Counted from the stretch's first letter, positions 26,335 through 39,571 are shown. The stretch: 64,000 bases of DNA from Octopus vulgaris (GCA_951406725.2 OX597834.1:3596001-3660000); one strand, 5' to 3'. Notes: generated by a model not told the origin, from the sequence alone. Program-made: numbers and translations.

Positions 26335-28350
26335 CGTTTGATGTCAACAAAAGATTTTGAGTCTTATTGAGTGTTGGTTTCCCAAGGATCTGGTCAAAAA
26401 ATTTGTGTCTTTTTTTATCATTCCTAGGGCACCTACAACAACAGGGATGGTTTTGGTTTTTAACTGCCACGACCTAGATATCTCAATCTCAAGGTCCTTA
26501 TATTTCAACAGTTTTTCAAATTCCTTTGTTGAAATGTTTCTATCAGTAGGCAGGTATGTTTTTTTTTCTTTTTCGCCTTTGATGACGATGTCTGGTCCGT
26601 TAGCATTTATTTGCCTGTCTGTATGTATCCCATAATCCCATAGGATGGTAATAGTCTCTCCCTCAGTGGATGGCCCTGGATGGTGTTCATACCAGTTCTT
26701 AGGGTGCAGAATATCATAGCGACGGCACATGTTTCAGTGCAAGTATTGGCAAACTCGATCATGCCTGGTTTTATATTCTGTAGGGGCAAGGACTGTGCAG
26801 CCACCATCAATGGGGTCAACACTCTCAAGTTTGTCATTGTAGAGTCTACACTTTGTGTCTACATCATTGTGTGTGACATTTGCTTAATAGTTCCGGGTGA
26901 GGAGATTCTGATCTTGTGCCCCTAGGATAAACCCTTCTGTTGCGGCTTTGAAACCAACTCTCTGCAGCTACTGAAGGGTTCTTCTTATATCCCCATCAGC
27001 TTCCCCAGCTCGTTTAGAGTATTGCCCATGCGATGGATTTTCTTGCCACAGTCTTGATATTTCCTTCAAGCTTTCTTGTTTGGCTTTTGCTTTACACTTT
27101 TTTGTTGTCTTAGTAGGTGGTATGTTCTCATTGTCATCATCATAAACAAGCCTCCTTTACATGCACCCTTTGGGATTGAGTGCAGTTTCTTACACTGTTC
27201 GTGTTGCTTTACCAGCTGTATCTTCCAGTTGGTGTTACTTCGGATGTACACTTGGAGTCCTATCGTGGTCGTTTTATACGACATTTCAAGCTGGATTAGG
27301 CCCCTGCTGCCTTCCTTCCGTGGGAGATAGAGCCTGTCGACGTCTGATTTTGGGTGATGCATCCTGTTTAGTGTCAGTAGTTTCCTGGCCTTTATGTCCA
27401 TACGCTTGAAGATCAGTCGGATTCCAATTAATGACATTAAGGCTATACTGGATATCTGTATATATAGCTTATATCTGCAATTCTATTCTGAGAGTTCAGC
27501 ACAGTATTCAGGACCATTCTGACACGTCTATAATACTCTTTCCTTGTCTTTGATTGCTCCATGTTGAATCCCTTTTCCTTTCTGTATCCCAATATACTTA
27601 AAAAAGCCTTTTTGGTTCAGGTTCTTTATAGATGCATCATGATCAAATTGTATTGTGGTATTAAATTGCATTGTGGTATTAAGGCGGCGAGCTGGCAGAA
27701 CTGTTAGCACCTCGGGCGAAATGCTTAGCGGTATTTCATCTGCCGTTACGTTCTGAGTTCAAATTCCGCCGAGGTCGACTTTGCCTTTCATCCTTTCGGG
27801 GTCGATAAATTAAGTACTAGTTACGCACTGGGTCGATGTAATCGACTTAATCCGTTTGTCTGTCCTTGTTTGTCCTCTCTGTGTTTAGCCCCTTGTGGGT
27901 AGTAAAGAAATAGGTATTTCGTCTGCCGCTACGTTCTGAGTTCAAATTCCACCGAGGTCGACTTTGCCTTTCATCCTTTCGGGGTCGATTAAATAAGTAC
28001 CAGTTACGCACTGGGTCGATGTAGTCGACTTAATCCGTTGGTCTGTCCTTGTTTGTCCCCTCTGTGTTTAGCCCCTTGTGGGCAGTAAAGAAATAGGTAT
28101 TAAATGCCAGTTTACTACGTTTGGACGAAGCTTTTGCACACTTGTTAAGGTCAAATTCCATACATATGTCATCACTGAAGTCTTTCACAGTTACAAGCAG
28201 CCTTCTCAGATCCTTGTCATCTTTTGCCTATAATTTCACATCATCAATGTAGAGCAAGTGTGATATGATCTTGTCAAACATTTTGTAACCGTAATTTGTT
28301 TTATTCAGCTCGTGGGACAATGGAACGAGGGCAAGACAGAAGAAGAAAGG
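26335..28350 (-). mobile_element. Degenerate R4/Dong-like LINE extending into the RT domain, interrupted by a SINE
   Basis: Copy of 3140-4421 that continues to PFFFCLALVPLS...ISHLLYIDDVKL. Confidence 0.82.
27683..28095 (+). mobile_element. MetaSINE-like SINE with tandem partial duplication
   Basis: A full unit is followed by a 5'-truncated unit. Flanked by a GGTATTAA direct repeat. Confidence 0.88.
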
Positions 28351-28620
28351 TGTTATATCCTTATGGATAAACGAATATACTGCAACAGTGTAATGACAAC
28401 ATAATCGAAACAAACGGCAGTAAACACACGGAACAACAATCTCTCCAGAACCGACAATCCAACGCGCTAACTCGAACTGTAAATTTTGAACTTCAACTTT
28501 GAACTATGAACACACGAACTGTGGAATTAGCACGAACTACCTCACTTTCTCAGACCGCTATTATTTATATGTTGTGGTACAGTCCATTCTCGCCAGGGGG
28601 CGTCGTACTCTCGCACAACA
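28351..28620 (-). mobile_element. Short solo-LTR-like element
   Basis: TGTT...AACA termini and TATAAAT on the minus strand. It abuts the LINE RT fragment. No TSD seen. Confidence 0.35.
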
Positions 28621-28879
28621 TCTACCCTTTTGAGATTTCGTGTTCCAAAGGAATAAAGAAATTTTTTATTTACATATATGTTTTTTTTTTGTTAGTATCT
28701 CATTTCGCTTGGGCATTAGCTCAAGGTGTTCGGCTTGCTGGTTCTACGGGACTCTGTTACTCTTGATCAAAATACCGTCCAAGTGCGGGATTACAAATTC
28801 ACAACCAGGTCACATGGCATCCATAATTCGCTGGAATGGCACACGCAACAGAAGGAAAAAGAAGAAATGAGATGGCGAG

Positions 28880-31800
28880 GAAGAAGAGGAAATTCAGCCA
28901 ATGTACGCTGCTCGCATCGCAACACTTGTACATCCAAGCTCTGCCACTACAACCACTAACACTAACACATTGAACACCCAACGGCAGCAACAACAACAAC
29001 AACCCGATGCATTAAACAGACGAGGTTTTGCTTCAACAGCAAAACCAAACAATGGATTTATAAATGTTTCTGTAGAATCTCTCAAAGACAACAGAAACAT
29101 TTTAAAAAGAAAAAGCGAAAGATGTGTTTCGCTAAACACACCGACAGATATTATAAAGAAAACAGGCAAACGTGCCATAGTGTACAAAACTATATCATTA
29201 AAAAATAAACGTATAGAAACGGTCGCAAAGCAAGCAGTTGAGAAATGCTTGGATGCACATGGAAAGACGTAAGTTATTTGGCGAGGAGTAAGAAATAAGG
29301 CACAATTGCAATTAGATTTGCTACAGAAGGCGTAGCAGAACAGCACTCAAAAGCCCGTCTGAGAAATAGTGAACCTGTCCTAGTTCCAACATACTTAGGA
29401 CGGCGCTTCGCCAAGATAAAAATACCGGGAATACCATCAAAAATGAGAAGTTACTGGATTGTTGTAGTCGTTCTTCTTAACTTGGAAGATAAAATCAGAA
29501 TCATCCAAGTCGAGGAACAAGGAAAAAACGAGTGGACTGGACTGGTCAGGAATTGCAAATAATGGTCCGAATAAACGAAAGGGTTTTGGGACAAATACCT
29601 GACCAACTCAGCCTTCCAGATGGCTCTATGCTGAACGTCACAGTTGAGGGCAGAAGGCCAAGATGTCATCAATGCGGACGGAATAATCGCCTGAAAGCCT
29701 TCTGCCCACAACTAAAACAAAATTGGGGCACTACCCGCTTGATACAAGCACCACCAACACTGCAACAACTGAAGCAACCCCAACAACACAAGCAACCCCA
29801 ACACGAGAAGAAACCTCAAGAAAAGAAAGCAGTAAGGGCTCCAGCAAAAACACCACTACAAACAACCATTACGTGAGAGAACAACACCAACAACAGCAGA
29901 GGCGCTGACTACCACCACCACCACCACCACCACCACCACCACCACCACAACCACCTCCACCACCACTACCACCACCACCACCACCACCACCACCACCACC
30001 ACCACCACCACCCACCACCACCACCACCACCACCACCACCACCACCACCACCACCACCACCACCACCACCACCACCACCTCCACCACCATAACCACCACC
30101 ACCACCACCACCACCACCACCACCACCACCACCACCACCACCACCACCACCACCACAGCGCCTACAAAAAACAACACGGCTCTTGCCAGAGGAACAAAAA
30201 ACATCAGCAAATTTCGACCACTGGAACTACCCCTTCCCGACTCTGACCACTTAGACATGACGTGCGGAGTGGCCAACGGAGTTGAGTGGACAAAATCCAC
30301 ACGCAAAAGATTAAGAAAAATGCACAACAGTACACTAACAAATAAACAAGCTGTACCCCCCAAAAGAAAGGCAATCAAAATCACCCGAAGACAACAACAC
30401 ACCGACACCCACACTTCCAGCACCGTCACCAACACCACAGACGCAACCAACAGTAAAAGGCACAACAGGATCAACACAAAAAGGAAACACAACTAAGAAA
30501 AACACGACAAAACTCACCGCCATAAATACAGACAACACAAACTTACTATTATACATAAAAAAAACATTCAGAGATCAAAATGACTTTGTTTCCCCCACGG
30601 GTAACACACCGCCACCACACATACTTCAAACATCGCAACATACAGCAACATAAAATCCAAATTGCCGTAGGGCGGTCGGAGGCTTCACACTGCTAACGGT
30701 AAGTAGTCCTCTCCTATTTCCTCCTTACCAGCCACTCAAATGGTCTTACTCAAAATAAGGTTGCATAAATGTACGTGGCCTGGGCTCCCCCTTGCAAACA
30801 AGGCCACCTACTCAACAACCTCAGGTCACGAGGAATAGATGTAACAGCCGTTTCTGAATCCAGACTAACCGAGACGCGGGCTTTCATGCCTATTTTCGAT
30901 GACTACAGATCTACGCATCTCCGTGTCGGCGGGGAATGGGTGGTGGGGGCACAGTAGTATTGTTTCGGAAAGGTCTAGATCTCAAAATAAGGTCAGTCTT
31001 CCGGGACGCAGAAGGTAAGCTAGTGGTCCTGGACGTGAACGGTATTAACGGTGGGGCCTTCAAACCGGTGGCTGTTTAGGCACCGACAAGGTGCAGGACG
31101 CCGGAATACTTCAGGCATCTGGAGGTCTCCTGGGTACGTCCCTATCTTTAGTACTAGTGGGCGATTTCAACGTCACCTTAGTTGCACAATTGGATTGTAT
31201 GGGGTTAGCCGAGAGGACGGTGAGCAGGTGTGGTTGCCGTTTGTCAGACTCGCTTTTCTGCAGCTCGTCTCTTTGACTGAACTGCAATCTTGGGTCAAGC
31301 GTAGACGGAGGCTGGGTATCTGGCACCTTGAGTGTCGCCAGGCACTCACGCTCCTCACTCAGTTGGGCAATGCGATCAGTGGAAGTTCTGCTATTACGCT
31401 GTACAGAGGGTTAGTGGTGAAAGGAAACGACGACGTCCTCGGGGAGACTCTAAGGGGTCGATGAATTTCAACTCGCCACTCTGTTCCGGAGGACTTTCGG
31501 GCCGGAGCCTATAGATAACTTCCAGAAATCCCTGGCTTGGCAATGCTACCGGGGGGGGGGGGGTTAGTTTGCCTGTTCGAGATAAACTCTACAGGCACGG
31601 AAGTGCTGTCAGTCTGACCTACCCGAGATGTGCGCAGAGCAATGAAACCGTTCTGCGCGCACTCGTCCACTGTTCGGGCATACCTTGTATATGGGTTGAT
31701 GTGGAACGCCCACTTATCACGTATAGGACGTTCCGCTTGTCGGCTGATTCCGCCAAGGGGAGGCAATTTTCATTTGTCTCGTGGCTGCAGCGAAAGACGT

Positions 31801-32232
31801 TGTGTGGTGACCTAGACTGAAAGGGCCAACTCCTCATCAACTTTTTCAGATGCCATCTGATAAGGAAAGTGAGGGTTGAGAGAGAAGTGCTGATTTGCAG
31901 CAAATTTGTTAAAAGGTGGGTGAATGTGGAGAAGATGGTCCGTATCATCGAGCCTACTTTGAGCATGTGCTTTTGAGTTTCCAAGACTGAGAGAGAAAGA
32001 GAGAGAGAGAGAGAGAGATGGAGATAGGGTTCTTGCCCTAGTGGTCGGGGCGCTTTTGGATTTTTCGTTGGGTCTCCATGAGTAGACTTGCGTTGCTTGC
32101 TCTTTTAGGCATTTTCTTATATTCTTCATTGTTTTCGACTTTTTACACGACACTTTATGTAACCCCATTTAGTCCTTCATGTTTTGGAATATCCAATTTT
32201 ATTTTTCTTGGCCCTTGTGGCTAATAAAGAAA
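28880..32232 (+). mobile_element. Decayed, internally deleted L1/Tx1-like retrotransposon
   Basis: ORF1-like region with RPRCHQCG zinc knuckle, APE fragments (GIDVTAVSESRL, VLVGDFNV) and C-terminal YPRCAQSNETVL zinc finger. Ends GGCCCTTGTGGCTAATAAAGAAA. No RT core seen. Confidence 0.75.
29908..30157. repeat. (CCA)n microsatellite inside the L1/Tx1 ORF1 tail
   Basis: About 250 bp of (CCA)n. Confidence 0.95.
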
Positions 32233-32504
32233 GGATTATTTTTATTATTGTTGTTGTTGTTGTTATTATTATTATTGAGTGAGAGAGCAGTGCATGCCAT
32301 CAAAGTGACACTGGGGTAAAATATACGAAGCCCAATATACCCATCATGACTACCCGTCTGATAAGGGCACACCAGGCACATGCATCACAACCATATGTGC
32401 GCGACATGGTGATCTCATATCAAGATAAATAGCACATGACCTTGCATTATTATTATTATTATTATTATTATTTTTTTTTTTTTTTCTTCTTGTTATTATT
32501 TAGG

Positions 32505-32695
32505 GGGTGAGCTAGCAGAATCGTTGGTAGTCCGGACGAAATGCTTAGCGGGAATTCATCCCTCTTTACGTTCTGAGTTCAAAATCGTCCGAGGAGGACG
32601 AAATAAGTAGCCAGTCGAGCAGCGGAGTCGATGTAATCGACTGGTTCTTTCAGTGCAAACTTTCAGTTCTTGCGCCAATAGTTGAAAGAATTATT
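32505..32695 (+). mobile_element. Degenerate MetaSINE-like SINE
   Basis: gagctagcagaatcgttg...ctgagttcaaa...gtcgatgtaatcgact. Confidence 0.7.
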
Positions 32696-32924
32696 CATAA
32701 GAACAGTCGATAGCAGAATTGGTACAGCACACTGCAACATACTTATCCTTATTCACTTCCATTCTCAAATCTGTGCAACGAAAAGTATCGGATTCCACAA
32801 AAGTTCGGATTCCACAAAATATGTGGCGTTATAGATCCATATCATATCTGTTCATTCATCCACTGCACTAGTTTTCGGCAGTTAATATCGGAATCAGTAA
32901 TCGCAGAAAGAGGAAACACATATA

Positions 32925-33138
32925 TACTCTTTACTCTGTTACTCTTTTACTTGTTTCAGTCATTTGACTGCGACCATGCTGGAGCACCGCCTCGACCCCG
33001 GGACTTATTCTTTTGTAAGCCCAGTACTTATTCTATCGGTCTCTTTTGCCGAACCGCTAAGTAACGGGGACATAAACACACCAGCAACGGTTGTCAAGCA
33101 ATGCTAGGGGGACAAACACACTCACACAAACACACACA

Positions 33139-33214
<76 letters not shown>

Positions 33215-33380
33215 TACGACGGGCTTCTTTCAGTTTCCGTCTACCAAATCCACTCACAAGGCTTTGGTCGGCCCGAGGCTACAGTAGAAGACACTTGCCC
33301 AAGGTGCCACGCAGTGGGACTGAACCCGGAACCATGTGATTGGTAAACAAGCTACTTATCACATAGCCACTCCTGCGCCT
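32925..33380 (-). mobile_element. Full-length CORE-like tRNA SINE with internal (TA)n
   Basis: Minus strand has head GGCGCAGGAGTGGCT, core CCTTGGGCAAGT and a short tandem tail (AAGAGTA-like). Confidence 0.85.
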
Positions 33381-33832
33381 ATGTCCCACTAGATAATAGT
33401 TCTTAGCGTAGGAATATTTGAATGCAATACTGCAACCGATAACATGTAAATCGTCACATTCATGAAATCAAAATTTTTCCACTTGACGTAGATTACTCTT
33501 CCCTTTGCTGATTGGTTGCATTACTGGATAATTGAAATATCAGTATATCAATCATATACGCATGACCGGAACCATGTGCTTGGTAAGCATGGACATCCAA
33601 TTGTGACCGAGGAAGACCATTGCTGACCTTTAGGAACATTGTACGCTCTTGGACAAACTTATATTTTGCATTTGCGGTTGTTGCTGCTGTTGTTGTTGAG
33701 CGAAGCGGTCTTCGTGGGAGAAGTCCGAAACGTGGTCCTTTGCTATTCGTAGTATAAGTAGTTACCGAAATGTTTTTAACATGCTGGCCACTTGATAATA
33801 TCATTAAATGGTTTTATCCTTTATTAATTATG

Positions 33833-33897
<65 letters not shown>

Positions 33898-34777
33898 GAC
33901 CGCTGCCATGTTGTTTTCGTCTGCCGCAAAGGCATTTTTCAAATACGCCAGCCAAGATAAGTTTAAAATTGTCTGAAGTCGTAAGACACCCGCTGTTTTT
34001 GTCCCGTTTACTATTCTTATTTTTTATTTCTATTTTTTGTTTCTTGTATTTATATTCGTGTGGCATCCTGTCCTTGTTTCGTATACATTCGATCCTCTTT
34101 CCAAGAAATCTAATGCCTGTGGCTTAGTTTTTCTTTGGGGCTGGCCGGATCGGAGCGATATCGAGATTAAACAGCCGAAATTGCTAAGATGATCCGGTTC
34201 CCGACTGAAGATTAGAGGCTTCGAGTGACCCGTCTGTTTTTTTTTGTGTCGTCTCTTTGTGTGTTTTTGCGTTCTTGTCCCACTTTGTAATTTATAATTT
34301 ATCTTTAATTTCTATACATACATATATATATATATATAATGTCTCGTATTTTATAAACACAAACACACGCACACACACACGTGTGTAATGTGTGTGTATA
34401 TACATACATACATACATACATACATACATTTATATATATATGTGTGTGTGTGTGTATGTGTGTGTGTGTGTGAATGTGTGCGTGTGTGTATGCACCCACA
34501 GAGTCACACACATTCTACATCTATATCTGTTGATTCAATTTATCTTCAAATTTTGAAAACATTTACATCTTTTTGAGTGTATTCGTTACAATTCGATTTA
34601 AAAAAAAGTGCGAATGTGTGACGTAAAAAGCCTACTACCCATCATATATGTTCCAGCATCAGTTGTCTATTGTGTTTAGCATGTAGCGACTAGCCCCGGG
34701 GAGGGAATTTGCTCAGCGGGTGCAAAATCTGGTTCAAATTTTTTTACAAACATGGCCAATTATTTTCAATCTTAAAA

Positions 34778-34902
34778 AGAAGCTTGCTTCCCAACCACAT
34801 GGTTCCGGGTTCAGTCCCTTGGGCAAGTGTTTTCTACTATAGCCTCGGGCCGACCAAAGCCTTGTGAGTGGATTTGGTAGACGGAAAGTGGAAGAAGCTC
34901 GT

Positions 34903-34903
<1 letters not shown>
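34778..34903 (+). mobile_element. CORE-like SINE fragment
   Basis: ccacatggttccgggttcagtcc..ttgggcaagtg..gcctcgggccgaccaaagcc. Confidence 0.8.
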
Positions 34904-34959
<56 letters not shown>

Positions 34960-35013
34960 CGGAGATGTACTTGCATAGCAAGTGGCCTGATCTGAGATCG
35001 TGTACTGGAACAA

Positions 35014-35275
35014 AAACAATTGCAGCTTGGAAGGTGTTTATAAGCTATTTAAGAAACACAGAAAAACCGTTAGATTCACTTCAACATTTAAATTCAATTT
35101 GCTAAAATATTTTCATCGCTTTGCGACCGCGACCTGTTCACTGACAAAATTCAGTTCATGTACATAAAAGCGGCGAAAATATTTTGGCAAATTAAATTTA
35201 AATGTTGAAGTGAATTTAACGGTTTTTGTGTGTTTCTTAAATGGCTTATAAACACCTTCCAGGCTGCAGTTGTTT
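35014..35275. repeat. Fold-back element with arms of about 105 bp
   Basis: 35014-35120 is the imperfect reverse complement of 35168-35275. A related single arm lies at about 38423-38520. Confidence 0.85.
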
Positions 35276-35276
35276 A

Positions 35277-36012
35277 TCTTTATATATATAAAACTGAGAA
35301 TGTGTGTGTGTGTGTGTGTCTGTCTGTCTATTTGTCTGTGTGTTTCCCTAAAACTTGAGAACTAGGCAACTAATTTCATTCAAATTTTACACATGCCTTA
35401 CTTAGGGTCCGGGGAGTGTCATCGGCAAAAAAGATGTTCAACTTCTTGCCTAGAGCGAGCCCATAGCAATATCATATCTTCTCCACTATTTCAGTATTAC
35501 GTGTTAAAAGTGAAACAAAAATATTTCTCTATTGTCAGATGCTTTCACTTTAACAATAAAAATAATAATAACAATTGAATTATATATAGTAAGTAATAAT
35601 TAAAATCAAACTAAAGTATAATATAACCGTAACATACAAAAGTAAAAATAGCAATTGGTATAAAATTGCATCAATGATTTGAACTTGAATAAGTGGTTTC
35701 AAATGAATGGGAATAAATTAAAAATAAAATTAGCGTGCAGAAATGGAATAGTCTAGATGGATAATAAAAAATTAAATTAAAGAAAAGACTATTGTCTATA
35801 AAGTATACAATGTAGAGAAAAAAGCTAACAATTCCACTCTGTTATATATTTTGAGTATTGTTATCACTAGCGATATCAAGATATAACTTTGTATTTTGCA
35901 TTTTATGTGTAGATGTATATATATAGATGTACTTGTAATATGTACACATATATATACACATATATACATGCACTAGCACTATGACCCGGCAACGACGGGT
36001 CTTTAATGCTAG
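35277..36012 (+). mobile_element. Non-autonomous Helitron, family B
   Basis: A|TCTTTATATATATAAAA start, hairpin GACCCGGCAACGACGGGTC, and CTAG|T end. Confidence 0.78.
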
Positions 36013-36030
36013 TGTATCTATATATTAATA

Positions 36031-36230
36031 AAAATGGTAAGACAACAAAAGAATGAAAGAGACCTCGATATTATGTAAATAGAGGAATTTATCTGTAAAT
36101 GTAATACGTGACAATTATTCGGAGTTTTATCATGGCTACCGAATAATTGTCACGTATTACATTTACAGGTAAATTCGTCTATTTACATAATATCGAGGTC
36201 TCTTCCATTCTTTTGTTGTCTTACTATTTT
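36031..36230. repeat. Near-perfect hairpin with arms of about 92 bp
   Basis: 36031-36122 is reverse-complementary to about 36139-36230, with a loop of about 16 nt. Confidence 0.9.
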
Positions 36231-36233
36231 CAG

Positions 36234-36275
<42 letters not shown>

Positions 36276-36289
36276 GAAATTTAAAAAAT

Positions 36290-37015
36290 GTTTATTTACT
36301 TTACCGGTTTCACTCTTTGGAAAAAGATTGACAAAAGTAACATGTAGAAGTTTGGTTGCGTTAATTATTGGTTGTTGCAAATTGCTACATTACATATATA
36401 CAGCCTTTGGTAACAGGGACATGTTAAGGACATAAAAAAGTTCAACAAGTTCCTTAAAATATTGGGCACAAAAGATTACTACATAAATAATCGTTCTCAA
36501 GGACATACTTAAGATAGTTTCCAGAAGGAATTGATATTGGTATTGTATCTGTATATTCAAACATGCACAGAATATTGGTTGACACAGAGTACTATAATCC
36601 ATATAAATATACATTCTTTGGTGACAAGAGTATGTTGAGAATATAAAAAAGTTTAACAAGCTCATTGAAATAATGGGCACAAAAGATTACAACAAATATA
36701 TTATACATCTCAAGGTAATTTCCAGGAGGAATTATTAAAAAAGTTCAGTATACACGTACAGAATATTATGAGTTCAAAAAGATTTACATTATAATAGTGG
36801 TGAAGCTAAAACTGACCTGTCTTTTTTTGTCTCTCCTTCAAGCATCAACGATTTTGTTGAACTCTTTTATGTCCTTAACATGTCCCTGTTACCAAAGACT
36901 GTATATATGTAATGTAGCAATTTGCAACAACCAATAATTAACGCAACCAAACTTCTACATGTTACTTTTGACAATCTTTTTCCAAAGAGTGAAATCAGTA
37001 AAGTAAATAAAGATC
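36290..37015. repeat. Inverted repeat with arms of about 160 bp and a spacer of about 400 bp
   Basis: Opposite-strand ORFs 36183-36380 and 36922-37173 share MQQPIINATKLLHVTF, and the DNA arms match. Confidence 0.88.
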
Positions 37016-37086
37016 TTTTAAATTGTATTTTCAAACCTTCTTTCGTATATAATTCCACTCGTGCGGTACCCCACAACTCCACTTTG

Positions 37087-37145
<59 letters not shown>

Positions 37146-37304
37146 AAATGAGAAAATGGAGAAATATATCTAAATCAATCATCAACCATCAGATAATACC
37201 CAATCAATACTTTATTAAACCATTACTCAATAGCAATGATATTATACATTAATATAGTACAAATATAACAAGACATAGAAATAGAAATAGAAATAGAAAT
37301 ACAT

Positions 37305-37436
37305 TTACATTGTAGCTGACAGCTGTTTCGGCCGTGAAGACATGTATGTCCCATTTAACCTATTAGCCATATAAAGCAGGTATAAATGAGACATTAACAA
37401 GAATATCTCACGGCCTCTTCAGAGAATTTAATGCAA
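37305..37436 (-). ncRNA. Type I hammerhead ribozyme with long stem II and palindromic loop III
   Basis: Minus strand reads TTGCATT..CT-CTGAAGA-GGCCGTGA...TCACGGCC-GAAA-C(AGCT)G-TC-AG..AATGTAA. Confidence 0.75.
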
Positions 37437-38344
37437 GTATGAAAAAAATTTACATATAAATATAAATATGTGTGCATACACACTCATATTCTTACACATA
37501 TATATATACACAATAATACAATATAAACAATATAGATCAATATATCAACAAACACAATAATGTTCCATATTGAACTCCACAGTTCCATAACCAACATCAA
37601 TAAACCACAACATGTACACTCACATTCCAAGCAGGCATATATATTGAACAGTCCAATATATTTAAATGTGTCATTACACAAAAAGTCAATAAAATTAATA
37701 TTAATATTAATAACACCACGACTGTACCATCCAATGCAAGCGGACATCCACATATATACGCAATCAGTCGAATTCCTCTGCCCGCATGGTATTGATTTTC
37801 ATAGATGGATTCGATTGGCCTATAGTTTTAAATTTGAATTACAATGGAAATTTTACGGTTAGTTAGCTAGGAAACATACACACGCGCACGCACATCCACA
37901 AATCATGCGCACATACATACATAGTTATATGTATACACACACACCCACACACATACACACAGACATACCCACATACACAACCAAATCATAAATAAACACA
38001 TATATAAATAATATAAGAGGTACCATCGCAACTATACACATGCAAAACAGAGGAACTCAACCGATTGCACATACATGCATGCAGACATCCACCCGTCCCA
38101 GACGGCACCATGGCCGTGGTATTAACTAAGTATTTACAAACAGATCCACTCACATGTGTCCATAAATCCATAAATGCAAACATACATATAATTATATCCA
38201 GATAGAGAGTGTAATTTGTCATAAGGTACATAATTCATGTGATACCGTATTTTTCGTAAACATAATATTTTAGAACTAAAGATTCCCGCAACTTTACCGC
38301 TATGTTTTATTCAAACATTCGCTAAATTATAAAGTATAGAATAC

Positions 38345-38416
<72 letters not shown>

Positions 38417-38599
38417 TATATAAACAACTGCAGCGTGAAAAAACACACAAAAACCGTTAGATTCACTTCAACATTTAAATTTAATTTGCCAAAATATTTT
38501 CGTCGCTTTTATGTACATGCTAGAATCACGAGACAAGGTCACACCCTTAGACACTATCATTTCCACAACAACAACATACAGACCACATGCTGTTTGAAC

Positions 38600-38950
38600 C
38601 AATGTCCCATCAAGCCTAGCCGGCCAACGGACAGTACCAGGCTATGTTTTCAAACGAATGTCATATATGAAATGACCTGTATTTGCGGGGATAAATATAT
38701 TGGATCGACCAAACGACGGCTCCATGTCAGAGTGAAAGGACATATTTACAAGGCCACAACTCCAAGCGCTGTATTCCAACAGCACCGACATTGCGATGGA
38801 GAATCCTCCAACTGGATATTGGCCAGGGGAACAGATACGGTCAACCACCAAATAAAGATGACTCATTTCATCACTAAGAAGGCGACCAGCCTCAACCGCC
38901 GGAACGAACTTGACAGTTGGAAATTCATTTACCGTCTCCAGAACCTCTGA
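38600..38950 (+). mobile_element. Penelope-like element 3' fragment (GIY-YIG endonuclease)
   Basis: NVIYEMTCICGDKYIGSTKRRLHVRVKGH...SAVFQQH...LNR. Confidence 0.85.
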
Positions 38951-38980
38951 CCAACGCCAGCAGTAACAACCATGTAAAAT

Positions 38981-39025
38981 GTCAAGTCTGAAGAAGGATT
39001 ATCGATCCGAAAGCGCTCACTTAAC
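38981..39025 (+). ncRNA. Minimal type I hammerhead ribozyme in the Penelope terminal repeat
   Basis: GTCAAGT-CTGAAGA-A-GGAT(TATCG)ATCC-GAAA-GCGC-TC-ACTTAAC, 30 nt after the GIY-YIG stop codon. Confidence 0.85.
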
Positions 39026-39074
39026 CCACTCACCCTAGAACTAGTAACAAGACGACACGCCAACAGTAGGTCCC

Positions 39075-39173
<99 letters not shown>

Positions 39174-39235
39174 AGTCGCCATGATAGATCAGTAGCCACC
39201 ACACACATTTTTTTCTCTCCTTGTTTTTTTTCTGT

Positions 39236-39277
39236 GTCTCTTTCTGTAGAAGAGCGTAGGCTCGAAACGTAAAAGAC
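39236..39277 (+). ncRNA. Variant minimal hammerhead motif (core substitution)
   Basis: TCTTT-CTGTAGA-A-GAGC(GTAG)GCTC-GAAA-CG-TA-AAAGA. Conserved A6 is replaced by U. Confidence 0.5.
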
Positions 39278-39379
39278 TTTTTCAATTCCTGAGCGTTATA
39301 CTAATACATCTGTTTGTTTTGTACAGCACCTGTCTTCGTCTATTGTGTTTTTCGTGAACTCCCCCTATCTATCTATCTA

Positions 39380-39570
39380 TCTTTTTTCCTCTCCCCATTT
39401 CTCCCCCCCCCCCCTTTTTTTAAAATCCTCCCCTTTTTTGTCCTCTTTCTTTCCTTTTACGATCCCTTTTGATCGAAAACCAATCCCCCTTTTTTTTTAC
39501 CCCCAAAAGAAAAGCTCTACCTTGTAATTTGTTCTGTCTGTGTGCAGCCCTGTGTGGCTAATAAAGAAAC
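39380..39570 (+). mobile_element. L1/Tx1-like 3' UTR remnant inside (TATC)n
   Basis: Homologous to 19590-19740 and flanked by (CTAT)n on both sides. Confidence 0.6.
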
Positions 39571-39571
39571 A

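Larger units (their letters stand above)
22928..27614. repeat. Segmental duplication, copy 2 (of 1-4421), containing a 398-bp templated insertion
   Basis: Direct sequence identity to 1-4421. The 111-bp array has 8 units here instead of 9. Confidence 0.95.

Noticed and set aside
38435-38600. N-terminus of the 171-aa GIY-YIG ORF
   Set aside because: It derives partly from an inverted non-coding repeat arm (matching 35158-35275) and has a GTG start.
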